Below are positions 13,664-27,555 of a stretch of 64,000 nt of DNA, piece after piece. Made by a program: the position numbers and the translations under genes. A model generated the notes under the pieces. The model did no database searches. It was given only the letters and a program-made list of their open reading frames with translations, and was not told the DNA's origin. This DNA comes from Rhizophagus irregularis (taxonomy: Eukaryota): positions 5,704,001 to 5,768,000 of the forward strand of contig NC_089429.1 in assembly GCF_026210795.1 (NCBI RefSeq), in the 5' to 3' direction. Every line of letters starts with the position of its first letter. The first letter of the stretch is position 1.

Positions 13664-15394
13664 TTAAAATTTTCTTGGTTTAATCCTAACCTTTAATTCT
13701 GTACAGACATTAATAAAATCAGAATTATATTTTAATGGAGCATTCATGTCAACTAATTCAATATCATATTTTCTATAAATTAATATTAATAAACATTTTA
13801 ATTCTATAATTGCCAATTTTCTTCCAGGGCAAATTCTAATTCCTCCTCCAAATATTGGAAAAGTGTTTTTCATTTTTTTCTTTTCAAGTAAATATTTATC
13901 ACTTTCTTCAACTCTATAAAATCTATCGGGATCAAATTTTTCAGGTTCAGTCCAATAATCTTTATGTTTCATTAATGCGGAAACAAGCATTTGAAATGTA
14001 GTTCCTTCTGGCCATTCATATCCTCCAACTTTGTCTTTTTGAGCATTTAAACGTCCAACAAAAAAAGCTATAGGAGAATGACGATATACTTCTTTGGTAA
14101 CTGCATCACAATATTCTAATTCATCAAGATCTTTATTTGTTATTGGTCTTGTTAAGTCATTTCCAAGAACTCTATCAAATTCTTGTCTCAATCGTTGTTT
14201 CACTTCTGGATAATGTCCAAGATAGTATGCAGTAAAGCAAATAAAATTCGCTGTCTATGATTTTAAAAAAAAACGAGATTTTAAAAATAAGCGATGAGAA
14301 TTTTGAAGCACATATTTTTAAATAAATAAAATAATTTATTAACTTACTGTATCAGTACCTCCGAGCATTGCTTCGAGTATATTACCAAAAATTTCTTTAT
14401 CAGTCATTGGTCTTAATAAATCAACGTCGGCATGCTTCACAGCGTTAATATCACGTGATGTATTCGCGGTTATATATGACGTCAACATATCATGACGAAG
14501 TGGTTGATCTAATGGTGTATTTTCAATCTCAGTCCTTCTTTCTTTAATAATGGTGTATAATTTATCAAATAAGTAATCCTTATTTTTCAATAATTTCTTA
14601 GCTTTTCCACGAATGAAAGGAACATAATTACGGGTGAAATTATTAAAAGCGAAAAAGTAAAACATTCCTGCTAAATAAGTTTCAATGGATTCAATAAAAT
14701 TTTTAGATTCGTTAAGTTTTTCATTTTCTTTATCATTTAAAGAATTTTTATTATCGTTAATTAACATATTATAATAAGAAGCGATAGCATCATTTTTTGT
14801 TCCGGTAGCAATTTTAAAAATCATTTCATTTGTAAATCTACGCATCCATTTTATAAAGTCTAATTCATAATGTTCTCCAAGATTATTTAAATAAGATTCC
14901 ATTTCAACCCATAACTCATTGGTCCATTCAACAGCTTGACGATTGAAACTTGGAGTCATTATTGCTTGACTAAAAAATTGACGATTATATTTCCAAGATT
15001 TAGTATCATTATTAAATGCTACTCCTACGCCATCAAATCCATATTCGATAAAACCTTCCGAATTAGGTAACCTAGTAGGATATTTAGTCTTTGTTGAAGG
15101 TACATTCATATTTTCAATTAAATCGGGTTTACATAGTACTATAAAACGTTGGCCTGATAAAATTATTTCATACATATCACCATATATTTTATGTAATGAT
15201 AATAACCAATCATCAAATCCATATCCAATTTGTTGATAAGCATTACCAATAATTGGAAGTGGAAATGGACCTGGTAAAGGGTTAGGACGAGTAAAATAAT
15301 TATAATAAAAACGAGTTACGTAGATAATTGAAAAAACTATTAAGAGAGAAGGGATGTCGGAAATTCCGAGAGATGAGATAATTGCGGTAATCAT
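13664..15394 (-). CDS. Cytochrome P450, 2 exons (15394-14348, 14254-13664), ~545 aa
   Basis: Same architecture and intron position as 3105-4832 (93-bp intron 14347-14255). EVYR, PDRF and FGGGIRICPG motifs present. Confidence 0.95.
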
Positions 15395-16717
15395 TGTTTT
15401 TTTAAAAAATATTTAAAAGGTGAAGGGAATGATAAAAAAAAAGTTTTGAGAAAGTACGGTCCTATATATATATGATTCAAATCAAAGAAAAATCGAATTT
15501 TAAATTTATTAAATAATTTATTTACATAAAAATCAATTCGTCCCAAAAAATTTAGTTTTGAAGCAGTAAAATTAAATGCCAATCGTACCAATCGTATATT
15601 ATCCTGAGTGCATGCAATAATAAATAAGCAAAACACTTTCGATCGAATTCCGGATTGGGAAATGATGAATAAATTTATTTGTCATATCTTTATAATCTTT
15701 ATGTTTTCGTAAATTAAACTAACAGAAAATTCGTTTCGAAATTCCCGAAAATGTTGTGTACATAGGACAGTATACACAATATGCATTAACCAATGCATAG
15801 TTATTATTTATCTAATTGTAGACATTTAGTTCGATTAATAGAATTATAAAAATTCACAAGATAATAGAAAACTTTGCTATCATTAAATTTCAAATTTCAT
15901 GTGTATTTGTTTAATTAGATAAAATACGCCGAAAGTTAAAAAAGCTAACTAAAGTTGTATTTTCATTTGAATACAGAATCCGTCGATCACTTTATCAATT
16001 TAATTAGAATTAAGTTTTTTGATTTTTGGAAATTTTTAATGAAAGATTTTCAAAAAAAAGGTTAAATTAGTAAATTAGAAGTCGGACACATTTTTCGAAA
16101 AAAAACAAGCTTTATTTTAGCAATCTATAGATAGAAAAAGTATGATAGCCATTAATTGATATTTATTTAAAGAAATTATCCATGTGAACTTTAATTCTAC
16201 GAGGTTGTTTTGACGATCTTTTTAATACTTACCTTAATTGGAAACGCAAATTTTTGAGTTACAATTAATTGCATGCAATTAATTTTTAAATTAATTATTC
16301 GTTAATATTACGTTATCACACTGCTTCGTCCAATTGAAGTTAACTAAACTTTTTAAGCTTAGCATAAATTACGTCTTTGATAGAATCAGATATTTTGAAA
16401 CAATTAGTTTTACCTCCGTGGATAAACAAAAAAAAAGTGCATAAAAGTAAATGAAATCTTGAGATTTTTGCTTTTAAGCTTAAAAAAAGGGGGGGGGGAA
16501 TATCTGATAAAGTTTAGATACCAATTTCAAATTTCACCACTGACTGCTAATATATAGCAGTAAAAACGTAGTAAAAACGTTGTTATGTTTATCATGTGAT
16601 CAAATTTGACAGGTCGGGTTTCGGCATTTCTTGAGCCGAATGTAACCGAGATTACCAATATTATTATGATATCTACAGTATTACACATTCCCTTTCATTA
16701 ATGTACAATAAAAAGTT

Positions 16718-16857
16718 CATCCGTTATTTATGTAAAAATGAGCCATTCACAGAAAATGTAAATAATTCGATAAACTCCGTGATATAAGGTTATTAATTTG
16801 AGCCTTTTACGGAAAAAAAGGACGGAATATAAAAAACGGATCGACTTTTTTTTAGAG
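16718..16857 (-). mobile_element. Degenerate reverse-orientation copy of the ~180-bp MITE at the 5' end of the BTB-TLDc pseudogene
   Basis: Reverse-complement similarity to 12602-12779 (ccattcacagaaaatgtaaataattcgataa, aaaaaacggatcgactttttt). Confidence 0.75.
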
Positions 16858-18273
16858 ATAAAATTGCCAAAATATACTAATGCTATTACAATTGAAGTTG
16901 TTAATGACCCTTGCGTAAAATTTTTCGACTAATATGGTCATTTTAAATTATCGTTCTCCTTATTTGCGAAGAATTTTATTAAAAATAATGGAATTTTGGC
17001 ACACAAAAAATTACCAAATATTTTACCTGAATTTTTCAAATAATCTTAAAGTGAGAGAATTGAAGTAAAAAATTTGTGATTTTTTTTTTCTTTTTTTTTT
17101 AAAAAAAAAGAGAATCTTTTTATTTTACGGAATATTCATTTTAGATAATATCTATGAAGGAAGACTTCCTTTAGAGGAGCATGATACTTTAGATATTATT
17201 GAACTTTGGTGAACTTAATCTTCAAGAATTAATCATTGATTCACAATCATTTTTAATTGAGAACAAAATTTTATCGTGATATATTAAAATTTCCAAAATA
17301 CCAGAAAAATTTTTAATTCAACGATTTTAATTCAATTCTAACAGAAAAATGTCTGATCTCACTTATTCAACAATTCAACATGACAACGAATGATATTCAA
17401 GTTTGGGAACATGCACTTTAATGGGATATTGTCCAAAATTCCGATCTTCCTTCCTTCAGACCTTCAAAATTATTCAAAAGATGATTTTAGTACTTTAAAA
17501 AAATACTTTGTAACAATTTATTCCTTTCATTAAATTTTATAATTTATGCTTAAATTATGTATGGTTGAAGTTTAATTAATAAATGTATTCTTTTATGCTT
17601 TATTACATATTGTGAATGTTTTGAATGTCTCAAGCGCTTGTCTCATTATATTAATTTTACGACCTTCTCCATATAAAAAAATCATACCTAGTAAGAAATT
17701 ACGTGAAAATTTAATTAAATATTTTTTAAATCCTAGTAAAAATCTAACAAGAATTTTGTGATGATCTCATAATATAACAATTATTAAAGTGAAAGATAGC
17801 AATGAAATTCTTGGGGATATAATCCGATCGTATGGAAGTCTGGTGGCTGATATGGCATCACTGAAGATAGTTTATCATATTCACATTTAAGAACGAAAAT
17901 TATATTTAGTCGAATATCAGTTGTAATAATCAAATCGGTTACGGTCCATCATACTGGTTGCGACCTTAAATTTGTGGAATAGTTTATATTATTATACCGG
18001 ACGTTATAACAAATCAATTAGAGAAACTATCCTGTAAAAAAAGTCATTCAGTTTTTATATTCCATCTTTTTTTATCTTTTTTTCCGTAAAAAGCTCATGT
18101 TTCCGGAATTAATAACCTTATATCACGGAATTTATCGAATTATTTATATTTTCCGTGAATGGACCCGTGAAAAGCTCATTTTTACGGGAGAAATAACGGA
18201 TAAAATTTTTTATAGGGCTAATGGACACTTTTTTGTAGAAGAATATGAAGTATTTCTAATTATGAAAAATTGA
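16857..18273 (+). pseudogene. BTB-BACK-TLDc pseudogene
   Basis: Collinear with 19224-20713 (attgaagttg..aatgaccc, intron, gtttgggaacatg, gaagaatatgaagtattt) but carries many deletions, frameshifts, stops and a MITE insertion. Confidence 0.92.
18030..18217 (+). mobile_element. 188-bp CCC..GGG MITE inserted in the TLDc-coding part of the pseudogene
   Basis: TCCTGTAAAAAA...TTTTTTATAGGG with TSD CTA. The paralogue near 20650 shows the empty site agagaaaCTAatgg. Confidence 0.93.
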
Positions 18274-19096
18274 TTCATATTTTTGATGCCAGTATAATAT
18301 ATGTATAAGTATTATTTATTAATTGTTGCGACAATAACTAAAATGATATTTTATCATTTTCAGTAATTACGAATAAGTAATTTAACATATAGTATTTATA
18401 TATGTTATATATGGTATTTTATATGAGATTAGCAAGTAATAAAAATTGATAATTATTATTTATATCTTTTCTAAGACAAATCTATATTTTGTATTTTAGT
18501 AGTAAAATTATTTATAATAATATATTTTGAAGCTTGATACTAAGGTGATAATTTAAATAATAAATTTCTTTAATTATATGGTTGGTAATATTGATTTATT
18601 AGTTTTAACATGTTTAGTAAATAATTCAAATATACATTTCTAAATCCTATTATGATGATAGTGAAATCTGTTATAAAGAAAGTATATCCGGAACATTCAG
18701 ATTGTTATTATCTTCAATAGATTCACCATTTCACCTCCCCGTCAGTGGTATATCAGATACCACTCAGAAACCTCAAATGATATATATATTATATAATTAT
18801 ATTGAGATCCTTTAGTCGTTCTGGAGGTTCTGATAACGTTTGTTCTGACGACTTACATCGCTCCGCTCAAATCTTTATAGCAACCGTCAATTCAAAATAG
18901 TAAATTTCGTATTAGTCTTAATTTGAAAATTAACAAAATTTTTTATACTCTGTATGATTATAATAAAATTAACTTTGGTAGTTACTTTCTCCAATTTTCT
19001 TACGAAAGGGCAAACCTTTGTGAGTGTAAGTAAGAAAGTTTAAGTTTATGATATTTCAATTATTTCTCCAAAATAAATAAGATATGTGCTATATAA

Positions 19097-19172
19097 CACG
19101 TGATCATCCTGTGCTTCGGTGTTTCTCGGACCGAAATACCACCCGAACCGAACAATAAAATATAAGGTTAGG
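19097..19172 (+). promoter_or_regulatory. Conserved promoter module of the BTB-TLDc genes: CACGTG, a TCGG-N-CCGA dyad and TATAAGG
   Basis: CACGTG lies about 110-137 bp upstream of the ATG at 19097, 22482, 46993 and 49921, followed by CGG/CCG dyads. TATAAGG follows in three of the copies. Confidence 0.55.
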
Positions 19173-19223
19173 AACTTCACATTTTTTTTTTTTCATTTCT
19201 TAAAGGTACGAAATTCGATTATA

Positions 19224-20713
19224 ATGTGCGATAATAAATTTTTGCCAAAATTATCACAAAATTTACTAGAAATTTTAGAAGATAATGAATTTTATGATAT
19301 AACTATTGAAGTTGGTAATGACCCTTACGTAAAAATTTTTCGAGCTCATATGGTCATTTTAAATTATCGTTCTCCTTATTTGCGAAGAATTTTATCAACA
19401 AGCGTTAATAAAAATAAAAATGATGGAAGTTTGACACATATTAAATTACCAAATATTTCACCGGAAATTTTTCAAATGATCTTAAGGTGAGTAAAAACTT
19501 AGCGTTTTTTTTAAAAAAAAAAGAGTAATTTAAACTTTACGGAAATATTCAAATTTTTTTTTTCCGTTTTAGATATATTTATGGAGGAAGTCTTTCTTTA
19601 GAGGAATATACTAATACTTCGGACATAATTAAAATTTTGGTCGCTTCCAGTGAACTTAGTCTTCAAGAATTAATCACTCATCTAGAATTATTTTTGATAG
19701 AAAAAAAAAAAAATTGGATGGAACAAAATTTTAACTTGATATATAAAATAAGTTTTGAGAATGGCTCTTTCTTGGAATTGCAAAATTTTTGTAGAGAATT
19801 AATATCTAAAGAACCAGAAAAAATTTTTAATTCAAAAGATTTCAATTCAATTTCAGAAAAATGTCTGATTTCACTTATTCAACACGATAATATTCAAATG
19901 AATTATATCAAAGTTTGGGAACATGTACTTAAATGGGGTATTGCTCAAAATCCTGAACTTCCTTTAGATCCTTCTAGTTATTCAAAAGATAATTTTATTA
20001 CCTTAAAAAATACTTCACAACGTCTTATTTCTTCTGTCAATTTTTATAATTTAAATTCTGAAGAATTTTTGAATAATGTATATCCATATAAAAAAATTAT
20101 ACCTAAAGAATTACGTGAAAATTTAGTTAAATATTTTTTGAATCCTAATAACCAATCAATTAATTCAAAAAGTATAGACTCAAGAATAATTACGATACAG
20201 CATACCGAATTAATATCGAAATGGATTGATAGATTAGAAATCACTGACAAGATGAAAAGTTCATATGAATTCAATTTGATTCTTCGTGGATCTCGTGATG
20301 GGTTTTCGCCTAATAAATTCCATGAGATTTGTGATAATCAATCTCATACTATAACAATTATTAAAGTGAAAGATAGCAACGAAATCCTTGGAGGATATAA
20401 TCCAATCATATGGAAATCTGATGGTGGTTTTGATACCACTAAAGATAGTTTTATATTCTCTTTTAAGAATAAGGAAAATATTAAAAATTGTATTTTAAGT
20501 CGAATATCAGCATATCTTGAAGATTGTGCTATATTCAATAACATGGATTACGGTCCATCATTCGGTGCTGGTTGCGACCTTAAATTGTATGGAGACAATT
20601 GTTATGATCAGAGTGAATATCGTCATACTAGATGTTATAACAAACCAATTAGAGAAACTAATGGTCATTTTTCTGTTGAAGAATATGAAGTATTTCAAAT
20701 TACGAAAAATTGA
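19224..20713 (+). CDS. BTB/POZ-BACK-TLDc protein A, exons 19224-19486 and 19573-20713, ~467 aa
   Basis: BTB (DITIEVG..FRAHMVIL..RSPYL; phase-2 intron in ILR|YIYGG), BACK (VWEHVLKWG) and TLDc (LILRGSRDGF..FHEICD, GGYNP, SFIFSF, GPSFG, VEEYEVF). The splice restores the frame. Confidence 0.93.
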
Positions 20714-21099
20714 TTGATATTTAATGATTAAAGATCATGTCAGTATGTATAAGTATTATTTATTTAATTGTTATGAAAATAAATAAAATGTTTTAGTAAT
20801 TACAATTTAGTGATTTAGGCATATTAATTTCTCTGATTGTTTTATATATGCTATATACGGTGATTAGCGAGTTAAAAACTGATTTTTATTTTATATATTG
20901 TATCTTAGTAGTTAAAATTTTTATAAAATAAAATTAATAGTGTAAATAATAAATTTCTTTAACTAAATATTGATTTATTAAATTTAACATACTTACCGTC
21001 AATTTCATAAAATTTTTTTATGCTTTGCATGATTATAATAAAATTGACTTTGGTATAAAACCTTTGTGAGTGTCCGAATACATAAGTAAAAAGTTTAAG

Positions 21100-22440
21100 C
21101 ATTTTATTTATTTTATTTTATTCAAGAAAGATGACATTCGTGCTAACTTTGTGTAGAAAACTGACTAGTGGTATAAGATAATAGTAAAAGTAGACTAACT
21201 AAAGCAAGTTACAAAAGTGTACCTCATACAGGTTCACCCTTCGTAAGAAAAAGAAAGCTAACACTAGTAAAACTACGCTGCTAGGTTAACCATGTCGAAC
21301 AAAAGAGAATAAAATTAAAGACGAACTATCTACAAAATCTATAAATTGATACCAAGTTCCGCTATGTAAAAATTCGAAGTAAAACGTATCCATAAAGATG
21401 ACATGTCAGGCGGATTTCTAAAATCATTGAAAGGGTCTGAATATAACCAATTATTTGTCGGAATGTCTTCGTTACGACTTGAGTGATCGCGGTTGCGTTT
21501 GAAAGTTTTAAACGAAGTTATCGTTATATTATTTGTCAACTTCCATAGTGTGAAATATTGGTTGCGAGTTTCCATACTCCGTTGTAAATATCTAGGTGCA
21601 AGTTATAAACAAACGGTAAAAGTAATTTTTTAATTGTTTTTTGAGAGCTGATATGGGTTTCAAAGATTCCCACGAGATCTATAGGGATAAAATTGGTTAA
21701 AAAGGGAAAAGGTGGTATTCACTAGTAATTTTGTCTATTATATATACTTCTTTAGTCCATTTGAAGAGTTGTGCTCCGTTGTGTGTTAACGAAGTATGAT
21801 GCGCCAAAAGCCAGCCGTAGCCCATTTTGGTCAATTATGAGCGTCTTTCTTTAGAAAACCATCCGAATAAAAGGTAAAAAGAATCGAATTGTTGTAACTG
21901 TTTAGAAAATTAAAAAAATATCATGTAATTAAAGTAATGGGTAAAAGTAATGATTTGATAAATAGTTTATTTAACGTTGAACTTGGGGGTTATATAGGTA
22001 GTTGAAATGGTGGAGGGTGAATTATAATAAGATGCGGTAAAAGAATTTTTTCGAAAAGAAATAAAGATCGTTGAAGATAATAGTTTTGTGTGTAATATGA
22101 TGTCTGTGGAGTATTTTGTGACGTGAATTGTGTTGAGGGGAATTTTTTGGACGTTGGATTTTAATGTGTCCACTAATGATACAAAGTGGTCGAAGTGTCA
22201 CCTATAATATGAGTTGTGTGGGATAAAACCTTGACATGGTTGTATAATTGCTGGACGAGATTTTGGAGTGAAAAAAGAAATATATGAAGTAGTAGTAGAA
22301 TTAGTATTAAAATTTAAAATCGTAATAATATTGTATCATAGGGGTACTATATGGTAAATGGAGAATTTTAATACACGACCATAAATTTAATATCTAGGTT
22401 TTGTATAATATTGGTATTGAAGTCTATAAGTAACAGAATA
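21100..22440 (-). mobile_element. 5'-truncated, internally deleted non-LTR (LINE) retrotransposon fragment with RNase H remnant
   Basis: Minus-strand translation across frameshifts gives FTFYSDGFLK..TKMGYGW (RNase H start motif) and IYNGVWK/TRNQYFTLWK..NIT (ORF2-like C-terminus), then a 3' UTR ending in an (AATAA)n tail at ~21102-21122. It is absent from the paralogous upstream region at ~19040-19090. Confidence 0.72.
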
Positions 22441-22618
22441 ACGATATGATCTAATCCAAAATTGTGCCTGTGCCATATAAACACGTGATCATTTTTAGTC
22501 AGGTGCTTCGGTGTTTCTCGGACCGAGACCTCCCGAACCGAATAACAGAATATATAAGGTTAGCCATTTAGCAGAATTACCATTTTTTTTTTCATTCTTT
22601 GAACGAAATTCGATTATA

Positions 22619-24110
22619 ATGTATGATAAAAAATTTTTACCAAAATTATCTAAAAATTTACTAGAAACTTTAGAAGATAATGAATTTTATGATACAACTA
22701 TTGAAGTTGGTAATGACCCTTACGTAAAAATTTTTCGAGCTCATATGGTTATTTTAAATTATCGTTCTTCTTATTTGCGAAGAATTTTATCAACTAGAGC
22801 TAATAAAAATAAAAATGATGGAAGTTTGACGCATATTAAATTACCAAATATTTCACCGGAAATTTTTCAAATGATCTTAAGGTGAAAAATTTCAGTTAAC
22901 GATTTTTCTTGTTTTCTTTTTTTTTTTAAAAAAAAATATTTAATTATTTTCATTTAGATATATATATGGAGGAAGACTTTCTTTAGAGGAATATGATACT
23001 ACGGATATAATTAAAATTTTGGTCGCTTCAAGCGAACTCGATTTTCAAGAATTAATCATTCATTTACAATCATTTTTAATTGAAAACAAAGAAAGTTGGA
23101 TGGAACAAAATTGTAGTTTGATATATAAGACAAGTTTTGAGAATGATTCTTTCTCAAAATTACAACATTTTTGTAGAGAATTAATATCTAAAGAACCAGA
23201 AAAAATTTTTAATTCAAACGATTTCAATTCAATTTCAGAAGAATGTCTGATTTCACTTATTCAACACGATAATATTCAAATGGATGTTATTCAAATTTGG
23301 GAACATATACTTAAATGGGGCATTGCTCAAAATCCGGAACTTCCTTCAGATCCTTCTAATTATTCAAAAGATGATTTTATTACCTTAAAAAATACTTTAC
23401 AACGTCTTATTTCTTCTATCAAATTTAATAATTTAAATTCTGAAGAGTTTTTGGATAATGTATATCCATATAAAAAATTAATACCCAAGGAGTTACGTGA
23501 AGATTTGATTAAACATTTTTTGAATCCTAAAAACCAATCAATTGAAAATTTGAATAATTCAAAAAGTATTGACTCAAGAATAATTACGATACAGCATACC
23601 GAATTAATATCGAAATGGATTGATAGATTAGAAATTACTGACGAGATGAAAAGTTCATATGAATTCAATTTGATTCTTCGTGGATCTCATGATGGGTTTT
23701 CGCCTAATAAATTTCATGAGATTTGTGATAATCAATCTCATACCATAACAATTATTAAAGTGAAAGATAGCAACGAAATCCTTGGAGGATATAATCCAAT
23801 CATATGGAAATCTGATAGTGGATTTGGTTCCACTAAAGATAGTTTTATATTCTCTTTTAAGAATAAGGAAAATATTAAAAATTGTATTTTAAGTCGAATA
23901 TCAGAAGATCTTGAAGATTGTGCTATATTTAATTGCATGAATTACGGTCCATCATTCGGTGCTGGTTGCGATCTTAAATTGTGTGGAGACAATTGTTATG
24001 ATAAGAGTGCATATTATCATACTAGATGTTATAACAAACCAATTAGAGAATCTAATTGTCAATTTTTTGTTGAAGAATATGAAGTATTTCAAATTATGAA
24101 AATTGATTGA
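22619..24110 (+). CDS. BTB/POZ-BACK-TLDc protein B, exons 22619-22881 and 22958-24110, ~471 aa
   Basis: Same motifs and intron position as gene A; in-frame splice. Confidence 0.92.
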
Positions 24111-24949
24111 TATTTTAATATTTAAAGATGCCATTATATTATATATTTATATTTATTTATTTATAATAAATCGATCACTTTTGGTTAAAATTACACAAAG
24201 GTTGGAACTGGCTAATTAACCGATTAACGGTTAACCGGTTGAGGAATCTTCAAGATCGGTCAATTGTACCACATGTTCCCAAACTCGAAGTTTTAAGACT
24301 GAATTTTTCCTATTTATTAACAGTTACTGTAATAACAATATTAATGAAATATAGTCTTCACAACTAAATTTGCAAGTAAAATAAAAAATCGGCACAATTT
24401 GCAGCCAAAAAAAATTCTAAAGTATCTTTAATATTAACCAGTTAAGGTTCATTTCAAACTCTAACACAAAGTATAATATTGATGATTGAAATTTATATGG
24501 GAAATTATATTATTTAATAAACCATTGCAATTTCATATAAATAAAGTCTCATTCAGGAATTTTTTTATGATAAAAAAGAGAATAATTGTTCGTGCTGCAG
24601 CATTGCTAAATCTCACTGCAGGTGATTTTCATTAGCAAATATTAACGGGCAAGGTTTCATGACATTTTTAATTCCGCCAAAAATTATACCTAATTCTGCT
24701 AATTCTGGTAAGGTGACGATCATCAGCAGCAATACGTAAATTTAAATAAGAATAAAATTAAAAAAAAACAAATTCGAATAAGATTCTAAGTAATGCAAGA
24801 AGATTTAAAATTTATTTGCAATTCGGTTAAACAAAATAGAAGGAATAAAAAATCAAATCATTTTCCTTTGAAATATATTCTGTAGACATAAATTAAGAAA
24901 ATTAGGTTAGAATTTTAATATTAAAAATTATTATAGTATATAATTAATT

Positions 24950-26500
24950 ACTTACCGTTATTATATCCAATTTGATTTCTTTTGTGAAATAATCTAAAGA
25001 AAAAACATACGAAAATTTTATTATTCAATTATGAAATTGATATATTGTCAAAAAATTATTATTTTCATTTCAAATATTTTTTTTCTTTTAATACTTTGAC
25101 CTAAAGAAATTTAGCTAATAAATATTGACGTCCTAAAATCTTATCATAGGTTGCAAATAAAATCATACCATTATCATTATCTTCTAACTTTCGTTTGACC
25201 TTTTCTAAGTTAATAGATTGGCTTCTTAAACTCATTAAAGACATTGCAGAATTAATCATGTCGCTTAAAGGTTTATTTCTCTATAATTGGCACCTGGATG
25301 ATTTGTTGTATTTTAGTTGGACTCTTTTTATTGGAATTTACTAATCATTTATCCACATTTCTCTAATTCTATCATATAAATTAGTAGCAGCTGTTGGCCT
25401 TTTATCTGGACTAGAATGCCAGAATTCTTTCAATATATCCTCCAGGTACAATTGGAGGTCGTGACTCGTGAGCCATCGATTATATCGATATCGTGTTTTC
25501 GATCCCAAAAAGGTCTTCTACATGTCGTAAAATACCACATAATCAAAATTATATATATCTAAAGCTTTGATTCTCAATATAACAAGCTACCTTTAAGTAA
25601 CATTAGTTATACGGCTTGAAGTGTCGAATAAGTGATTTATCCGGTATCACGTGATTTGAAATATTTCCTGATACACGAACCATTATCTGTAGATTCAGTT
25701 GCAGATTTATTTATTTTATGTAAGATTTTTATATATACTAAAAAAGGTGTTTCCGCTAGTGCTTCGATCCGAATTGATCCGTTGATTAGTATCACAACAT
25801 TTTCTATTATTTTTGTCAAACTATAATTTTTGTTAGATTTTAAAAAATTATTCTTCTACAAGTTTTATTAATTTTGGCCAAATTTATAGCTCCAACTCAA
25901 ATAAAACCGTAGTAAACCGCGGATTGATCCAGTACTAGTTTCCGCTATGTAATAAATCCCTATGAATAATATCTAAATTATGGATATTAATAAGTCCATT
26001 TGTGATATGCTTTAAATTGTTAAGCTTATTACCCTTATAATATGGCATAATAATCATAAAATCTCGTGTATTTAAGTCTTGAGTAATACCAAATATTTAC
26101 CATCTTTGCGAGGTATATCATTAATTATCACGCTGCGTTTAGCATTTTATTAAAACATATTATTATTGAGAATATTGTATGTTTCCTCGCTTAACTCCTT
26201 AAACGTAATATTTTTAGAATTATTCAGTTTTTTGAGTAAAAATTAAATTGACCAGGAATATATTTACGTTTAATCGGACCGTCAATCCAAGTTGCTTTTT
26301 AAATTTTGCTAAATCTTTCTTCAGCAATGAATTCAATTTTTTTTTGAATTGATCATAGGGAACAAACTCCATTTTTCGTGTGTACTATCTGATCAATAAT
26401 TTTGGTTCCGCTCGGTCTAAATTTTTTCTTCATTTTGTAACAAACGTGACGAATCAGGTGACCTTCGTCTAAAGGCTTCCTTCTTTTATTACATCATTAC
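24950..26500 (-). pseudogene. Tyrosine-kinase-like protein kinase pseudogene
   Basis: Minus-strand remnants FGITQDLNTRDFMIIMPYY, IIHRDL..HSG, MWYFTTCRRPFWDRKHD and WHSSPDKRPTA, broken by many frameshifts. Boundaries are approximate. Confidence 0.85.
25640..25938 (+). mobile_element. Candidate non-autonomous Helitron inside the kinase pseudogene
   Basis: Ends in CTAG followed by T, preceded by the imperfect hairpin CCGTAGT-AA-ACCGCGG. A candidate 5' TC follows an A at 25639. No TSD. It interrupts the kinase right at HSGN. Confidence 0.5.
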
Positions 26501-27439
26501 ATTTCTTTTTTTTATACTTTTATTTGACTATGGGGTGCTTTAATTAAAATGATGATGTGTCATTTGATATCAAAAAAGTTAATTTTATGTTTTTAACTGT
26601 TTCATAATTATTTATTTGTTTATTTTTTTTGAGTATATTAAAAGAATCGGCCTACTGTACAGTATGGTATATACTTTTAATAAAAATGGATTATTCATTT
26701 AAACAATAAATTCTTTATAACTAAAAAAAATTCTACACATGATTCCCAATAGAAGTTTCTGATGTTTCAAACAAAATGGATCTTAAAATCGATTTATCTT
26801 GGCTAAAAATCATTTCCAAAAGATGTTCCATCGCAGAATTCTTAGGACTATCACAATGTGACTTGCATTGTGCAACGCAACGTTAAATTTAAGTTTCATA
26901 AACTTACACAATATTAACAATCAAATAATCAAATACGATCTTAAATAAGAATAATACCAAATAAATTCTTTCGTAAGTAAGAAAATACTTAATCCAAGGT
27001 TCTTTGAAGATCGAACAATTAATTTAGAATTTAATAAATAAACAGAGATGTTTTTATATTTTGTAAAAAAATCTCTATTAATAAGGACCATATATGGTTA
27101 ATTATTTTCAAATTTAAAGAATTTTATTAGAAGTCTGGAAGAAAAAATTTAGTGATTTGTAATTTAATAAAATTAATTTATCAAATTTATCTTGCGTACC
27201 TATATCAATAATAATAAAGGTATAATGCGCCAAGATTGATAAATACCAAATTTGTTAATGATTTTTAACATAGCCACAAATTGTTTAGCAAATTGCATTA
27301 TTCTTTAAATATAGTTTTTAGTATTTTTCGTAATTTAATTGATTTTAATTGTTTTAAGAGAAAATTTGATTCACAAAGCATTTGCTAATAATTAAAATTT
27401 AAAAAAAATGAAAAAAATAAAAGGCCATTTTTACTTCAA

Positions 27440-27555
27440 ATCACCGGGATGATCATCACCGTTGGCCGGAATTATCAATTTTTACCGGCACTATATTTTT
27501 TAATACTGGTCGATCGTCATAATTTCAGTCACCGGTGAACATCACTCCCGGTGAT
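27440..27555. repeat. Short fold-back element
   Basis: ATCACCGGGATGAT ... ATCACTCCCGGTGAT inverted ends with internal ACCGG motifs. Confidence 0.5.

Noticed and set aside
19119..19223. GTG/TTG-initiated N-terminal extensions in the ORF track (also 22511, 47080, 50027)
   Set aside because: All paralogues share the ATG at M(Y/C)D; the upstream sequence is promoter/UTR, and the downstream TTG starts lie within exon 2.
20044..24134. Antisense ORFs inside BTB-TLDc genes A and B
   Set aside because: Shadow frames of the real genes, repeated only because the genes are paralogous.
24193..24471. Possible hAT MITE with ACACAAAG direct repeats
   Set aside because: The left terminus is incomplete and the TIR match is weak.
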